NCBI GenBank assembly: GCA_038064915.1
Contig: JBBTSB010000006.1
Span: 4,864 to 68,863, forward strand
From: Patescibacteria group bacterium
GTDB lineage: Bacteria > Patescibacteriota > Minisyncoccia > 2-02-FULL-40-12 > IGHO2-01-FULL-4-A
DNA: 64,000 nt
Direction: 5' to 3'
Positions 46,418-56,146 of this stretch are shown here, piece after piece. The notes below the pieces were generated by a model that saw nothing but the letters and a program-made list of their open reading frames with translations, did no database searches and was not told where the DNA came from. The translations under genes and the position numbers were made by a program. Within the stretch, counting starts at the first letter, position 1. Each line of letters opens with the position of its first letter.

Positions 46418-47161
46418 ATGTCAAAAAAAACCAGATGGATTCTCTTCTGTATCGCAGTCATCCTGTTTCTCGGATTGAGCTACTCGATGGTTGTGTTTTC
46501 GCTTGGGTACAAATATGACTTTGTAAACCGAACATTTGTTTCCACCGGATCCTTTCGTGTCATAGCTAACACCGATGCTGATGTGTACATAAATGACAAG
46601 CTGTCGGGAAAGACCTCATTTTTAGGAAATAGTTTTTCAAAAGGGAAGTTATTGCCGCGGAGCTATTCGGTGCGGCTTGAGCGTGATGGATATTTTACAT
46701 GGCAAAAAAATATCCCGGTTGTGGCGAGCTTGTTTACTGATATTCCGAAAATTGTGCTTTTTCCCACGGAGCAGATTTTTGAGCAGGTTTCCACGAGCTC
46801 GTTTGGGTTTCCGCTTGCTGATTCCAATGTCCGATCGACTAAAGGGAAATTACTTACATTCGACGATCATGAGATAACAATCGAATGGCTAGATAATACG
46901 GATTATCAGCCATTTAAGGAAGCTGGAGATGTCGAAATTCTCCTTCGACTTCCCAGCGTGATCGATGATGTGCAATGGTACAAGGACCACGATCATATCT
47001 TCGTTGCCGCAGGTGGAATCTTGTATTTTTATGAAATCGACAAGCGCGGCGGCCTTAACTCGTACCAACTCAGCACTCTGAAAAGCCCTTTTTACTATGA
47101 CGCGGACGAAAACGCCATCTACTTGATGGAAAACGGCGAAATCGTGAAGATGAAGTTGTAA
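46418..47161 (+). CDS. Hypothetical membrane-anchored protein with a PEGA-like domain
   Basis: TM ILFCIAVILFLGLSYSMVVF. NTDADVYINDKLSGKT...RSYSVRLERDGY resembles PEGA. Confidence 0.4.
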   Translation: MSKKTRWILFCIAVILFLGLSYSMVVFSLGYKYDFVNRTFVSTGSFRVIANTDADVYINDKLSGKTSFLGNSFSKGKLLPRSYSVRLERDGYFTWQKNIPVVASLFTDIPKIVLFPTEQIFEQVSTSSFGFPLADSNVRSTKGKLLTFDDHEITIEWLDNTDYQPFKEAGDVEILLRLPSVIDDVQWYKDHDHIFVAAGGILYFYEIDKRGGLNSYQLSTLKSPFYYDADENAIYLMENGEIVKMKL

Positions 47162-47231
47162 AAAATGTGAAGGCTCCGACGGGTCGGACGGGCGGGTGAC
47201 CGCACCGGAGACCTCACATCAGAGCCGTGGT

Positions 47232-47471
47232 TCAGGAACACGTGTGAGGGTCGCGAGAACCCCTTGGTGCATTGCGCGGGTTGGTCACCGCGCAATTGTG
47301 CTCGCCGCAGTGATTGCAGTACCGGCCCGTGTGACCCGCTACCGTGCAGATCCCGTCCGACCCCTTGCATCGTTCGCAAGTATCGGGGTTCTTCGGTGAG
47401 GCAGTATTGTGACCGCAGTCGGGTTCACAGCACCCGACGATGCAGCCACAAGAAGCGGTGGCAATGGTCAT
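47232..47471 (-). CDS. Small cysteine-rich (15 Cys in 79 aa) GC-rich protein: metallothionein-like or RiPP-precursor-like
   Basis: MTIATASCGCIVGCCEPDCGH...CERCKG..C....CNHCGEHNC. Canonical RBS AAGGAGG 8 nt upstream. A GC hairpin plus T-run terminator lies downstream. Confidence 0.4.
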   Translation of the reverse strand: MTIATASCGCIVGCCEPDCGHNTASPKNPDTCERCKGSDGICTVAGHTGRYCNHCGEHNCAVTNPRNAPRGSRDPHTCS

Positions 47472-47527
47472 GAAAGTAACCTCCTTCAAAAACAAAGTAC
47501 CACTTTCGTGGTACTTTGTCTAGAAGT

Positions 47528-48013
47528 CTATCGCTTCGCCCACTGTGGAGCTTTGCGGGCTTTCTTGAGACCGTACTTGCGGCGTTCTTTGACGCGGGCG
47601 TCGCGGGTCAGAAATCCTGCCTTGCGGAGTTTTTTGGTAAAATTCGTATCAAAAAGTACAAGTGCACGAGAAAGACCAAACTTGATTGCATCCGCTTGTC
47701 CGGACATTCCCCCGCCGTAAACGTGAACCGTAGCTTTAAATCGATTTATAGATTTCAGTTTGCGTAATGGGGACTCGACAATGTTTTGCAATTTTAAACT
47801 ATTGAAATATTCAACGTATGGCTTTTCATTTACCATGATGATCGCCTTCTCTTCATCAGGCTGTTTGTCGGCTGATTTTTTGGTGAGTACACGAACGCGT
47901 GCCGTTGCCTCTTTCCGTCGGCCTACCGCCTCAAAATATTTTTCGGGCCCCTTTTCGGCTTCTTTAAATTTTTGTTCGTCAATGATGACGTCGTCTTCGG
48001 CTGTGGTGATCAT
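47528..48013 (-). CDS. rpsI: 30S ribosomal protein S9
   Basis: C-terminal ...GGGMSGQADAIKFGLSRAL...KKARKAPQWAKR. Start taken at MITTAED, directly after the rplM stop. Confidence 0.85.
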   Translation of the reverse strand: MITTAEDDVIIDEQKFKEAEKGPEKYFEAVGRRKEATARVRVLTKKSADKQPDEEKAIIMVNEKPYVEYFNSLKLQNIVESPLRKLKSINRFKATVHVYGGGMSGQADAIKFGLSRALVLFDTNFTKKLRKAGFLTRDARVKERRKYGLKKARKAPQWAKR

Positions 48014-48348
48014 TTTTCTATGATTAAATTTTTCATCATTTTTGCACGTAAGCGGTTTGGCGCAAGCATACGATAGACTGCGAGCCACAGTACTTTGCGT
48101 GGATCACGCTCCATTTGTGTTTGCATGGTGCGGGCCTTCATGCCACCTGGATACCCAGAGTAATGGAAATATGTCTTTTGATCAAGTTTTTTGGTCGAAA
48201 GCTTTAGTTTTGAGACGTTTGTTACCGTAATCTTTTCCGCAGGAATGAGATTAGGTTGGTAAGTAGCCTTGGTTTTTCCGCGCAATAAAACGGCAATCCT
48301 CGTAGCCAAGCGTCCCAGTACTTGATTTGTTGCGTCAATATAGGTCAT
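48010..48348 (-). CDS. rplM: 50S ribosomal protein L13
   Basis: MTYIDATNQVLGRLATRIAVLLRGK is the L13 N-terminus. Confidence 0.85.
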   Translation of the reverse strand: MTYIDATNQVLGRLATRIAVLLRGKTKATYQPNLIPAEKITVTNVSKLKLSTKKLDQKTYFHYSGYPGGMKARTMQTQMERDPRKVLWLAVYRMLAPNRLRAKMMKNLIIEK

Positions 48349-48692
48349 ACGAATTCAATTATCGCCATACGTGCTCCGTCGCTCATTCGTGGGGCAAGAT
48401 TGCGTATCCGGGTATACCCTCCGGGGCGTTGCGCGTATTTCGGCGAAATTTCTTTTACGAGTTTGTTCACGGAGGCCGTTGGCAACATACTACTGAGATG
48501 CCGCGTCGTAGAGAGGCTTTGCACTTTGCCTTTGGTAATCATTTTTTCTATGTAGGGACGGAGGGCCTTTGCTTTCGCCTGTGTTGTGGTAATGCGGTTG
48601 TTTTGGATCAAAGCCACCGCTAAGCTGCGCATGAGGGCCTTACGCTGTTTTGTCTCCCGTCCAAATGTTTTGCCTTTCTTGCCGTGTTTCAT
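48345..48692 (-). CDS. rplQ: 50S ribosomal protein L17
   Basis: MKHGKKGKTFGRETKQRKALMRSLAVALI... matches L17. Confidence 0.85.
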   Translation of the reverse strand: MKHGKKGKTFGRETKQRKALMRSLAVALIQNNRITTTQAKAKALRPYIEKMITKGKVQSLSTTRHLSSMLPTASVNKLVKEISPKYAQRPGGYTRIRNLAPRMSDGARMAIIEFV

Positions 48693-48695
48693 GGT

Positions 48696-49439
48696 CTACT
48701 CGTCTTTCTTCTTCTTAGTTTTCTTTTCTTTTACCACTTTTTTCTCAACTTTTTCCGGAAGCTGAACTGCATGCATAATTTGAAAATGATCTAGCATGAT
48801 TTGTGATGCGGTCTGCAATGTTTCTTCGGGCGATATACTTCCATCGGTTTCTATTTCCAGAATAATCTTGTTGTAGTCCGTGCGTTGACCAACGCGGATA
48901 TTTTCAACCGTATAGTGGACATTTCTAATCGGAGTAAAAATTCCATCGATGGCAATTTCGCCCACAGTCAGTTTTTCCTTGTGGCGCTGTTCAACGGGAA
49001 CATACCCGACACCTTTCTCGACTTTGATTTCCATTTCAACTTCAGTCTTTTTATCAGTAATGGTTGCAATCTTTTGATCGGGGTTGACGACTTCAACATC
49101 CGCAGTTTCCGCAATGTTATTGGCAGTGATATCCCCCGCGCCTTTTGCGGAAAGGGTGAGAGTTACCGGCTCATCAATGAAAACCTTGAAGCGAACTCGC
49201 TTGAGGTTCATGATAATCTCCAAAATATCTTCCATGACGCCAGGTATTGTAGTAAATTCATGATCGACACCTTTGATTTTTACGGAAGTAATAGCGGCCC
49301 CACTGATGGAAGAGATGAGGACACGACGGAGACTATTGCCGATGGTAATACCGTATCCGGGATAGAGAGGAGCAATTTCAAAAATGGCTTTGTTATCGAC
49401 CTTCGAAACTAATTTTGGTTCTGTAGGCAATTGAATCAT
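48696..49439 (-). CDS. rpoA: DNA-directed RNA polymerase subunit alpha, N-terminal domain only (no alpha-CTD)
   Basis: 247 aa. The alpha-NTD is conserved (ITIGNSLRRVLISSISGAAIT). The protein ends in a K-rich tail instead of a CTD. Confidence 0.8.
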   Translation of the reverse strand: MIQLPTEPKLVSKVDNKAIFEIAPLYPGYGITIGNSLRRVLISSISGAAITSVKIKGVDHEFTTIPGVMEDILEIIMNLKRVRFKVFIDEPVTLTLSAKGAGDITANNIAETADVEVVNPDQKIATITDKKTEVEMEIKVEKGVGYVPVEQRHKEKLTVGEIAIDGIFTPIRNVHYTVENIRVGQRTDYNKIILEIETDGSISPEETLQTASQIMLDHFQIMHAVQLPEKVEKKVVKEKKTKKKKDE

Positions 49440-49468
49440 AATAAAAAGGTTATTAGGTGATTAGCTTA

Positions 49469-50104
49469 TTAGCGAGAATAAAACTCAATCAAGGACTGCA
49501 AGTCACCCGCGTCGATACCGCTTTCGGCGAAGGAAGGAACTCCCTGTACCGTTGCGGTAAATTGCTCATGGTCGACCTTGAGCCACTGGGGCGATTCGTG
49601 TTTTTTAATCCATTGGGGAACAAGTGCTGAAAAATACTTCGTTTTCAAACTTCCCTCGCGTACTTTAATGACATCACCTTTGCGAATTTCAAATGAAGGG
49701 ATAGATACGCGATGTCCGTTAACAAATATGTGTCCATGATTGACTACCTGCCGGGCTTGATCGCGAGATTGCGCAAAACCTGAGCGGTAGACAACGTTGT
49801 CAAGACGGTGTTCGAGTCGTCGAACGATTGATTCTCCGGTCTCTTCTTTAGACTCCATAGCTGCTTTTACCCAATTTTTAAACTGGCGTTCAAGCATGCG
49901 ATACATGTTGCGGACTTTTTGCTTTGCTTTGAGCTGTTGGCCAAACTCGGATGCTTTTCGTGCAAACCGTTTTCCATGCACACCAGGCGGGTACATTCGT
50001 TTTACCGTAGCAGATTTTGGCGAATTTGAGCGCTCACCTTTGAGGCCGAGTTTTGCGCCTAGTCTTCGCTCTATTTTCTCTCGTGGTCCTAAATATCGTG
50101 CCAT
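49469..50104 (-). CDS. rpsD: 30S ribosomal protein S4
   Basis: MARYLGPREKIERRLGAKLGLKGER is the canonical S4 start. S4 RNA-binding domain present. Confidence 0.9.
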   Translation of the reverse strand: MARYLGPREKIERRLGAKLGLKGERSNSPKSATVKRMYPPGVHGKRFARKASEFGQQLKAKQKVRNMYRMLERQFKNWVKAAMESKEETGESIVRRLEHRLDNVVYRSGFAQSRDQARQVVNHGHIFVNGHRVSIPSFEIRKGDVIKVREGSLKTKYFSALVPQWIKKHESPQWLKVDHEQFTATVQGVPSFAESGIDAGDLQSLIEFYSR

Positions 50105-50125
50105 GGAATAAGGGTTATTAGGTGA

Positions 50126-50560
50126 TTAGACTCTTCGTGGTTTCGGGGGACGAACGCCATTATGGGGTTGGGGGGTATCATCAACAATTGACGTCACATT
50201 GATACCGGCACTGACGATACCGCGAATTGCAGCTTCGCGGCCGGGGCCGATTCCGCGAACAATAATCCTCGCTTCCTGAAGTCCAAATCGTTTTGCGCGT
50301 TCTGCAGCTTCTTTTGCCACCAACGTTGCTGCATACGGGGTGGATTTTCGAGCGCCTTTGAATCCCATGTTGCCGGCAGTTGTCCAGACGAAGACGTCAC
50401 CATTGGAATCCGCCACCGAAACGATTGTGTTATTGTACGAGGATGTGATGTGGAAGGTACCCTTGAGTACCTGATGTTTTGACTTTGAAGATCCCGAACC
50501 TTCCGCTTTTTTTTCGGGATTGGAACCGCCTTCAGTTGTAATAATTCGCTTTTTGCCCAT
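50126..50560 (-). CDS. rpsK: 30S ribosomal protein S11
   Basis: ...GTFHITSSYNNTIVSVADSNGDV...GIGPGREAAIRG matches S11. Confidence 0.9.
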   Translation of the reverse strand: MGKKRIITTEGGSNPEKKAEGSGSSKSKHQVLKGTFHITSSYNNTIVSVADSNGDVFVWTTAGNMGFKGARKSTPYAATLVAKEAAERAKRFGLQEARIIVRGIGPGREAAIRGIVSAGINVTSIVDDTPQPHNGVRPPKPRRV

Positions 50561-50563
50561 GGT

Positions 50564-50950
50564 TTATGTTTTTTGAGCCGTTGGTTTTCGGCCTGATCCC
50601 ATTGTTTTGCGGACATTACCACGCGTGGTACGGGAGTTTGTCTTCGTGCGTCCGTGAATGGGAAGTCGTCTGGCATGCCGAACACCGCGCCAAGCATTGA
50701 TTTCCTTCAAGCGTTTGACGTTATTTGCGATCTCACGTCTCAAATCACCCTCCACTTTATATGTTTTGTCTATGATGGTTTGGATTTTGTTGATTTCCTC
50801 GGCACTTAAATCTTTTGCTTTTTTGGTGAGCGGTATATGGGCTGTTTTCAATATCAGACGGGCATTGGTAAAACCAATACCAAATAGGTACGGCAGTGAA
50901 AATTCTACGGTTTTGTTGTCTGGGATATTGATCCCTGAAATACGTGGCAT
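50564..50950 (-). CDS. rpsM: 30S ribosomal protein S13
   Basis: MPRISGINIPDNKTVEFSLPYLFGIG matches S13. Confidence 0.9.
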   Translation of the reverse strand: MPRISGINIPDNKTVEFSLPYLFGIGFTNARLILKTAHIPLTKKAKDLSAEEINKIQTIIDKTYKVEGDLRREIANNVKRLKEINAWRGVRHARRLPIHGRTKTNSRTTRGNVRKTMGSGRKPTAQKT

Positions 50951-50951
50951 G

Positions 50952-51065
50952 TTATCCTTGACGTTGTTTATGCTTGGGGTTTTTACAAATACAGAAAAGT
51001 TTCCCCTTGCGGCGAACGATTTTGCACGAATTGCACATCTTTTTTACTGATGCTCTTACTTTCAT
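50952..51065 (-). CDS. rpmJ: 50S ribosomal protein L36
   Basis: Not in the ORF track because it is under 60 aa. Hand translation gives [37 protein letters not shown]. Lies between infA and rpsM, as in most bacteria. Confidence 0.8.
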   Translation of the reverse strand: MKVRASVKKMCNSCKIVRRKGKLFCICKNPKHKQRQG

Positions 51066-51066
51066 A

Positions 51067-51276
51067 TTATTTGCGATATGTGATACGGCCTTTCGTACCA
51101 TCGGGACTCATCTCAACCGTCACCCTGTCGCCGATCATAACTTTGATATAGTGAAGTCGCATTTTGCCAGAAAGATAGGCATGAATTTCCTGGCCATCGT
51201 CAAGTTTTACCTTAAATTTCGTATCGGGCAACGTCTCAACGACGGACCCATCTTTTTTGGGTTTTTCTGTGTTCAC
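51067..51276 (-). CDS. infA: Translation initiation factor IF-1
   Basis: 69 aa. S1-like fold ([31 protein letters not shown]...). Confidence 0.9.
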   Translation of the reverse strand: MNTEKPKKDGSVVETLPDTKFKVKLDDGQEIHAYLSGKMRLHYIKVMIGDRVTVEMSPDGTKGRITYRK

Positions 51277-51303
51277 TATTCCGTTATTGAAATGTTAGCA
51301 ATT

Positions 51304-53049
51304 CTATGACGAGATGTCAATGGACAACTCGATTTTCTTAGGATTCTTGGGTACGTCGCTGACCCAGAACGGGGAAAGCATAATTTTTGCCTTGAATACT
51401 TCGTCAATCGACTTGAAGTAAGACTCAAGATCAGTTTCGTTCATACCCGGTATTTCCTTGAGAATTTTTTGTTGATCAAGTTTTCCTGCGGCGCGACCCT
51501 TGACTGTCGTCTCAAATCGCACGCTTTTGGTGGTGGTGTCAGTAGAAAGAAGTTTATGAGAGACATCAAGGTCCTTCGTGATGAGTTCCAGATTGCCATT
51601 TTTATCCAAATAGCGCTGAATGAGTAGCAGAACATCATCTGGTCGAAAGGCAATGGTTGAAACGGACGCCTGAATTTTCATCTCAAGTGAATCAGCCGCT
51701 TCACCCGCTTTGGCGTTGACGATGGGGATTCCCACGGTGATATCGTAGGGCTCAAATGTAGTGAAATTACCAAGTTGTTCCTTGAGTGCCAGTACTGCTT
51801 CTTGCTTTGCTTTCGTTGTCAGCTCTTCCTGTGCTTTGATGTAATCCTGTTCCGAAACGACCTTCGCAGTTCCTATCAATCCCCCCGTCATTGGCTCCGA
51901 AGAGACGGCATAGAAAAGGTCATATCGGGGGGTTCCCTCAAAACCGGGAATGGTAAATCGTGCGGGGCCGATGTTGTATTCTTTGCCGGGTCGGTCGGCA
52001 TTCGCGACAGATTCAATTGAGCCCGAAGCAGGGACGGTGATAGTTGCGGGGATGCGAAAAATTAAACCTTCCTTTGTGGCAAATCTAGTTGTAGCTACGA
52101 GTTTTTGTGATTCTTTCGAGGTGTTATAGATTCTGATTTTTCCCGTAGCCTTTTGTGCCACTTCTTTTTGACTCGTGCTCGGGTAACTACCCGCTACATC
52201 TTTTTGTATCGAAAACTGTTGCCCGGGTATTTTATCAAATTCCGCTTGTACATCTTGGATCGTTGCTGATGCAGTAATTTTGAGCTTGAAACTCACATCC
52301 TGTGTCCGAGGCGTAATAATAACCTTGGCATGTCCGAGAGTGACGTACATAGTGGCCGCAAGGACCAGAACCGCAAGAACAAAAGGTATAATGAAGAATT
52401 TTTTGGAAATTGAGCCAAAAAACTTGCGACGTGGTTTTGGACTATTACCAATAACACCGGGTGTTTGTCGTTTTTCTTCCTCTTCCCAAAGCCTTTCAAT
52501 GTCAGTGAAATTTCCACTCACGGGCGCAGCTGGCACCGGTCGTACAATCGGAGCCGGAGGAGGTGGCGGAGGAGTGGCGGGTGGCTCAACAGTCTCTGGA
52601 ATTTCGGGTGGCCGTGAAATTTCGATATCTTGCTCTTCTTCATCTGCTTCTTGAATTTTTACATCGCGATCATTTTCGAGAGAAACGATATCTCGTATTC
52701 TTTTTCCGGCATCTTCCGGCGCAACTGCAATCACTTGTTGTTTTCTACGAGTGGCGGCCAATTCAGCAACCGCAGGATCACGTTTCTTTGGAGTAGCGGC
52801 CTGCAGGATAGTCATTCCGTTTGCAGAAGCCTGTTCAATAATATTTGGATCCGCGCTCATGACGCTTATGAGCTTTCCGCTTTTCTCTGCTTCGGCTTTA
52901 ATTGCATCAAAGTGACTCGCGTCGCGACCAAAAGCAGTACCTTTGGGAAAAATGAAAATCACCTCTTGGGCATCCGTACGAGAAAAAGCATCAAAAACTT
53001 CATCGAACGAGTCGTTCTTTTGGATGTTGAGAATTTTGGTTCCAGGCAT
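51304..53049 (-). CDS. Hypothetical membrane protein: N-terminal cytoplasmic domain, Pro-rich linker, single TM, large extracytoplasmic domain
   Basis: 581 aa. PPPPPAPIVRPVPAAP linker, then TM FFIIPFVLAVLVLAATMYV. Confidence 0.4.
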   Translation of the reverse strand: MPGTKILNIQKNDSFDEVFDAFSRTDAQEVIFIFPKGTAFGRDASHFDAIKAEAEKSGKLISVMSADPNIIEQASANGMTILQAATPKKRDPAVAELAATRRKQQVIAVAPEDAGKRIRDIVSLENDRDVKIQEADEEEQDIEISRPPEIPETVEPPATPPPPPPAPIVRPVPAAPVSGNFTDIERLWEEEEKRQTPGVIGNSPKPRRKFFGSISKKFFIIPFVLAVLVLAATMYVTLGHAKVIITPRTQDVSFKLKITASATIQDVQAEFDKIPGQQFSIQKDVAGSYPSTSQKEVAQKATGKIRIYNTSKESQKLVATTRFATKEGLIFRIPATITVPASGSIESVANADRPGKEYNIGPARFTIPGFEGTPRYDLFYAVSSEPMTGGLIGTAKVVSEQDYIKAQEELTTKAKQEAVLALKEQLGNFTTFEPYDITVGIPIVNAKAGEAADSLEMKIQASVSTIAFRPDDVLLLIQRYLDKNGNLELITKDLDVSHKLLSTDTTTKSVRFETTVKGRAAGKLDQQKILKEIPGMNETDLESYFKSIDEVFKAKIMLSPFWVSDVPKNPKKIELSIDISS

Positions 53050-53057
53050 TGATTGGA

Positions 53058-54650
53058 TTATAGCACAGTTGCCCGAATTCTTCTGGTACCTGTGGATACT
53101 GATTCCTCCTTTAGAATTTTAAACTGACCAATTTCCGATGTATGTGACACATGAGGTCCCCCGCAAAATTCCTTTGAAAAATCCCCAACGGAGTATACCT
53201 TCACTTTTTCGGGATATTTTTCTTTAAAGAAATACAGCGCTCCGGTCTTTTTTGCTTCTTCGATAGGCAATTCTACATAATTCACTCCTAAATCTTCACC
53301 AACCCTTGCATTTACCAAATCTTCTACCTGTCTTATTTCCTCTGGAGTCATCTTACGTGAAAATTTAAAATCAAACCGTAATCTTTCTGCAGTTATATCC
53401 GATCCGTCCTGTTGTACCTCGGGCCCCAGCACCTTGCGCAGCGCCGCCTGCAACATATGCGTGGCCGTGTGTAATCGCGTGACTTTTTTGAGTTCTTCTT
53501 CATTTGCAGCCTTGAGCTCGCCGGTATCGAGAATCAATCCGTGGCCACCAAACTTTTTTACACTTCCTTCTCGCGACTTTGCCTGATGTTTTTTGAATTC
53601 TTCATCAAATGCCGTCCGATTCAAAGCTGGTTCGATGTCATGCATTACCTCGAAAGGCAAACCGTAACTTTCGTACAATCGAAAAGCTTTTGGCGCATCA
53701 AGATCATGGATCTTTTTGAGTTCGCGTAGACCGGAATCCAGAGTTTTTAGGAATTTATTTTTTTCCTGCTCGAAAATTTCTCGCACCCCCTCAAGATTGA
53801 TTTCCGTATAAATCTGTTTGATTTTAACAAATATTTCTTCGAAATCTACTTGTTTATGTACGATAATACGCCGCATGAGACGACGCAAAACATACCCTTG
53901 ATCTTTATTTGAAGGCAGGACACCATCAGTGATCAAAAACGCAATTGCACGCGAATGGTCGGCTATGACGAAGGGGAGGCCTTTTGCAAAAGCAAACAAA
54001 TCAGTCTCAAACACATTTTCAACACCTTGTGAAACCATCGCGAGACGCTCAAGTCCCATACCCGTATCAATGCCGGGAGTATCGAGGGGTTTTCGAGAAC
54101 CGTCTTTTGCCTGATAAAACTCGTTAAACACTACATTCCAGATCTCAATGCCGTTCACGTAGATTTCCGTCGTGGGTCCGCATGGTCCCTGATCCCCTGT
54201 CGGCCCCCACCAGTTGTCTTCCTTGCCCATTTTGCGTGCCGTATATCCAAGCTCCCTCCAAATCGCATATGATTCGATGTCGTCTTGATAAACGGTGACG
54301 TAATCGATAGTGAGGCCCATCTCCTTGGTGATAAATTCATGTGCATACGCAATCGCTTCTTTCTTAAAATATCCGCCAAATGAAAAGTTGCCGAGCATTT
54401 CAAAAAACGTGAGATGTCGCTCATCGCCCACTTCATCAATGTCAGACGTCCGCATGCTTTTCTGAATAGATGCGACATTCAACGCAGGCGCAAGCTCTGG
54501 ATTTGTATAGTATTTCTTGAACTGTTGCATTCCGGCAGTCGTAAACAGCACCGATGGATCATCGGGCAGGAGTGAAGACGAAGGCACTATTTTGTGTCCC
54601 CTCTTCTCAAAAAAATCTAAGAATTGTTTCCGGATTTCTGTATGTGTCAC
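53058..54650 (-). CDS. alaS: Alanine--tRNA ligase, short form (catalytic plus editing-core region; no C-terminal C-Ala domain)
   Basis: N-terminal FTTAGMQQFK, class II motifs, editing-domain HTATHML. 530 aa, against roughly 870 in full-length AlaRS. Confidence 0.8.
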   Translation of the reverse strand: MTHTEIRKQFLDFFEKRGHKIVPSSSLLPDDPSVLFTTAGMQQFKKYYTNPELAPALNVASIQKSMRTSDIDEVGDERHLTFFEMLGNFSFGGYFKKEAIAYAHEFITKEMGLTIDYVTVYQDDIESYAIWRELGYTARKMGKEDNWWGPTGDQGPCGPTTEIYVNGIEIWNVVFNEFYQAKDGSRKPLDTPGIDTGMGLERLAMVSQGVENVFETDLFAFAKGLPFVIADHSRAIAFLITDGVLPSNKDQGYVLRRLMRRIIVHKQVDFEEIFVKIKQIYTEINLEGVREIFEQEKNKFLKTLDSGLRELKKIHDLDAPKAFRLYESYGLPFEVMHDIEPALNRTAFDEEFKKHQAKSREGSVKKFGGHGLILDTGELKAANEEELKKVTRLHTATHMLQAALRKVLGPEVQQDGSDITAERLRFDFKFSRKMTPEEIRQVEDLVNARVGEDLGVNYVELPIEEAKKTGALYFFKEKYPEKVKVYSVGDFSKEFCGGPHVSHTSEIGQFKILKEESVSTGTRRIRATVL

Positions 54651-55159
54651 GATGACAGTGTAACAAATTCCTTGAGTTTTCGAAATGCCTGGGCGCGGTG
54701 GCTAAAGTGGGATTTTTCTTTGCGGGCCATTTCGCCAAAGGTTTTATCGGAACCATCGGGCTGGAAAATAGGGTCAAAGCCGAATCCATTGGTACCACGT
54801 GGAGCAACAATTGTTCCTCGAACACGACCTTCAAAAAAATGGAGTTTTTTGTTTCTGTAACCGACAAGCACAGCAACAGTCGCTTTTGAGTTTGGCGCAA
54901 GCAGAAATATCCCCTTGGCGCCGATAGTTTTCTCAAACCACTTGATCAACGGGCCAGGTAGTCCATGCAAGGCGTCAATTTCCAGAGATACATCCTCTAC
55001 GATGACATTGTTTTGCTTGAGATGCGAAATTTTGTGCTCGATGATCTTCTTGAGGTCAAGCCCCTGGATTTCCGGTAGGTCAATGTTCAACTGCTCGAGT
55101 TCTGTAATGACCTCTTTCGCTTCCTGAAATTTTGAAGCATTTCCTGTTGCAAAATACAT
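54647..55159 (-). CDS. rdgB: Non-canonical purine NTP pyrophosphatase (RdgB/HAM1 family)
   Basis: FATGNASKFQEAKEV...GFGFDPIFQPDG...SHRAQAFRKL are Ham1 motifs. Confidence 0.8.
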   Translation of the reverse strand: MYFATGNASKFQEAKEVITELEQLNIDLPEIQGLDLKKIIEHKISHLKQNNVIVEDVSLEIDALHGLPGPLIKWFEKTIGAKGIFLLAPNSKATVAVLVGYRNKKLHFFEGRVRGTIVAPRGTNGFGFDPIFQPDGSDKTFGEMARKEKSHFSHRAQAFRKLKEFVTLSS

Positions 55160-55181
55160 AAATCCATAGTACCATCGTCAT

Positions 55182-56096
55182 ATGAAAAAAACTAATCTGC
55201 GTGTCGGCGTCATCGGTTTGGGCATGGTGGGCGATCCTATACGGCGCTGGTTTGAGGAAATGAAAGGCTATATCCGAGGAAAGGACCTTTTTTGTTTTGA
55301 CGTAGATCCAAAAAAAGACTTCCACGATGACATCAATCAGGCTGAAGTGATCTTTGTTGCCGTTCCCACACCATCTCCCAAAGGAGGCGGAGCGGATCTT
55401 TCTATTTTACATGCTGCAATTAAGACCGTGAACGACGGAAAAATCATTGTTATCAAGTCAACCGTACCGCCGGGAACCGCCGAGTCTCTCCAGAAAAAGT
55501 ATCCCAAGAAAAAGTTTATATTCAGTCCTGAATTTTTGACGGAGTCTCAAGTTTGGAATGACTTCGTTCGTCCCGATCGGCAGATCCTGGGTGCCACAGA
55601 AAAAGCCCGCGATGTCCTGAAAGAAGTACAAATGCTCCTCCCCATCGCGCCATTTTCTCGTCCTTGGAGCAGTGATTACACAAAAAAGGAGGTAACCGCA
55701 ACTGAAGCGGAACTGGCTAAATATGCAAGCAATGTATTCGGCTACATCAAAGTCATCTATGGCAATATACTAGCGGACATCTGTTCGTCCATGAACATCA
55801 ATTATGAAGCTGTCCGTGAAATGATTTCCGCTGATCCTCGCATCGGGCCCTCCTGGCTTGATGTGAACCACGGAAACTACTGCGGCGCAGGCGGTTACTG
55901 TTTCCCCAAAGATATGAATGCCCTGATAGGATTTATGGAAAAAAATGTTTCGGCAAAACACAACGATGGTCTTCCTGTGCTCAAGGCGGTTCGTACCTAT
56001 AACAGAAATTTGCTCAAGAAACAAAATCTATCGGAAGAAGTGGTAAGTCGCCACGATAGGGATATAAACGTACGAAAACGTAAAAAGGCTAGATAA
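55182..56096 (+). CDS. UDP-glucose/GDP-mannose 6-dehydrogenase family protein (nucleotide-sugar dehydrogenase)
   Basis: Rossmann VGVIGLGMVG, then GGYCFPKD catalytic Cys motif. Confidence 0.7.
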   Translation: MKKTNLRVGVIGLGMVGDPIRRWFEEMKGYIRGKDLFCFDVDPKKDFHDDINQAEVIFVAVPTPSPKGGGADLSILHAAIKTVNDGKIIVIKSTVPPGTAESLQKKYPKKKFIFSPEFLTESQVWNDFVRPDRQILGATEKARDVLKEVQMLLPIAPFSRPWSSDYTKKEVTATEAELAKYASNVFGYIKVIYGNILADICSSMNINYEAVREMISADPRIGPSWLDVNHGNYCGAGGYCFPKDMNALIGFMEKNVSAKHNDGLPVLKAVRTYNRNLLKKQNLSEEVVSRHDRDINVRKRKKAR

Positions 56097-56146
56097 CTCT
56101 TGCTTTTCGGTGTCACAAGTGTTCGCACAATACGTTATATATAACA

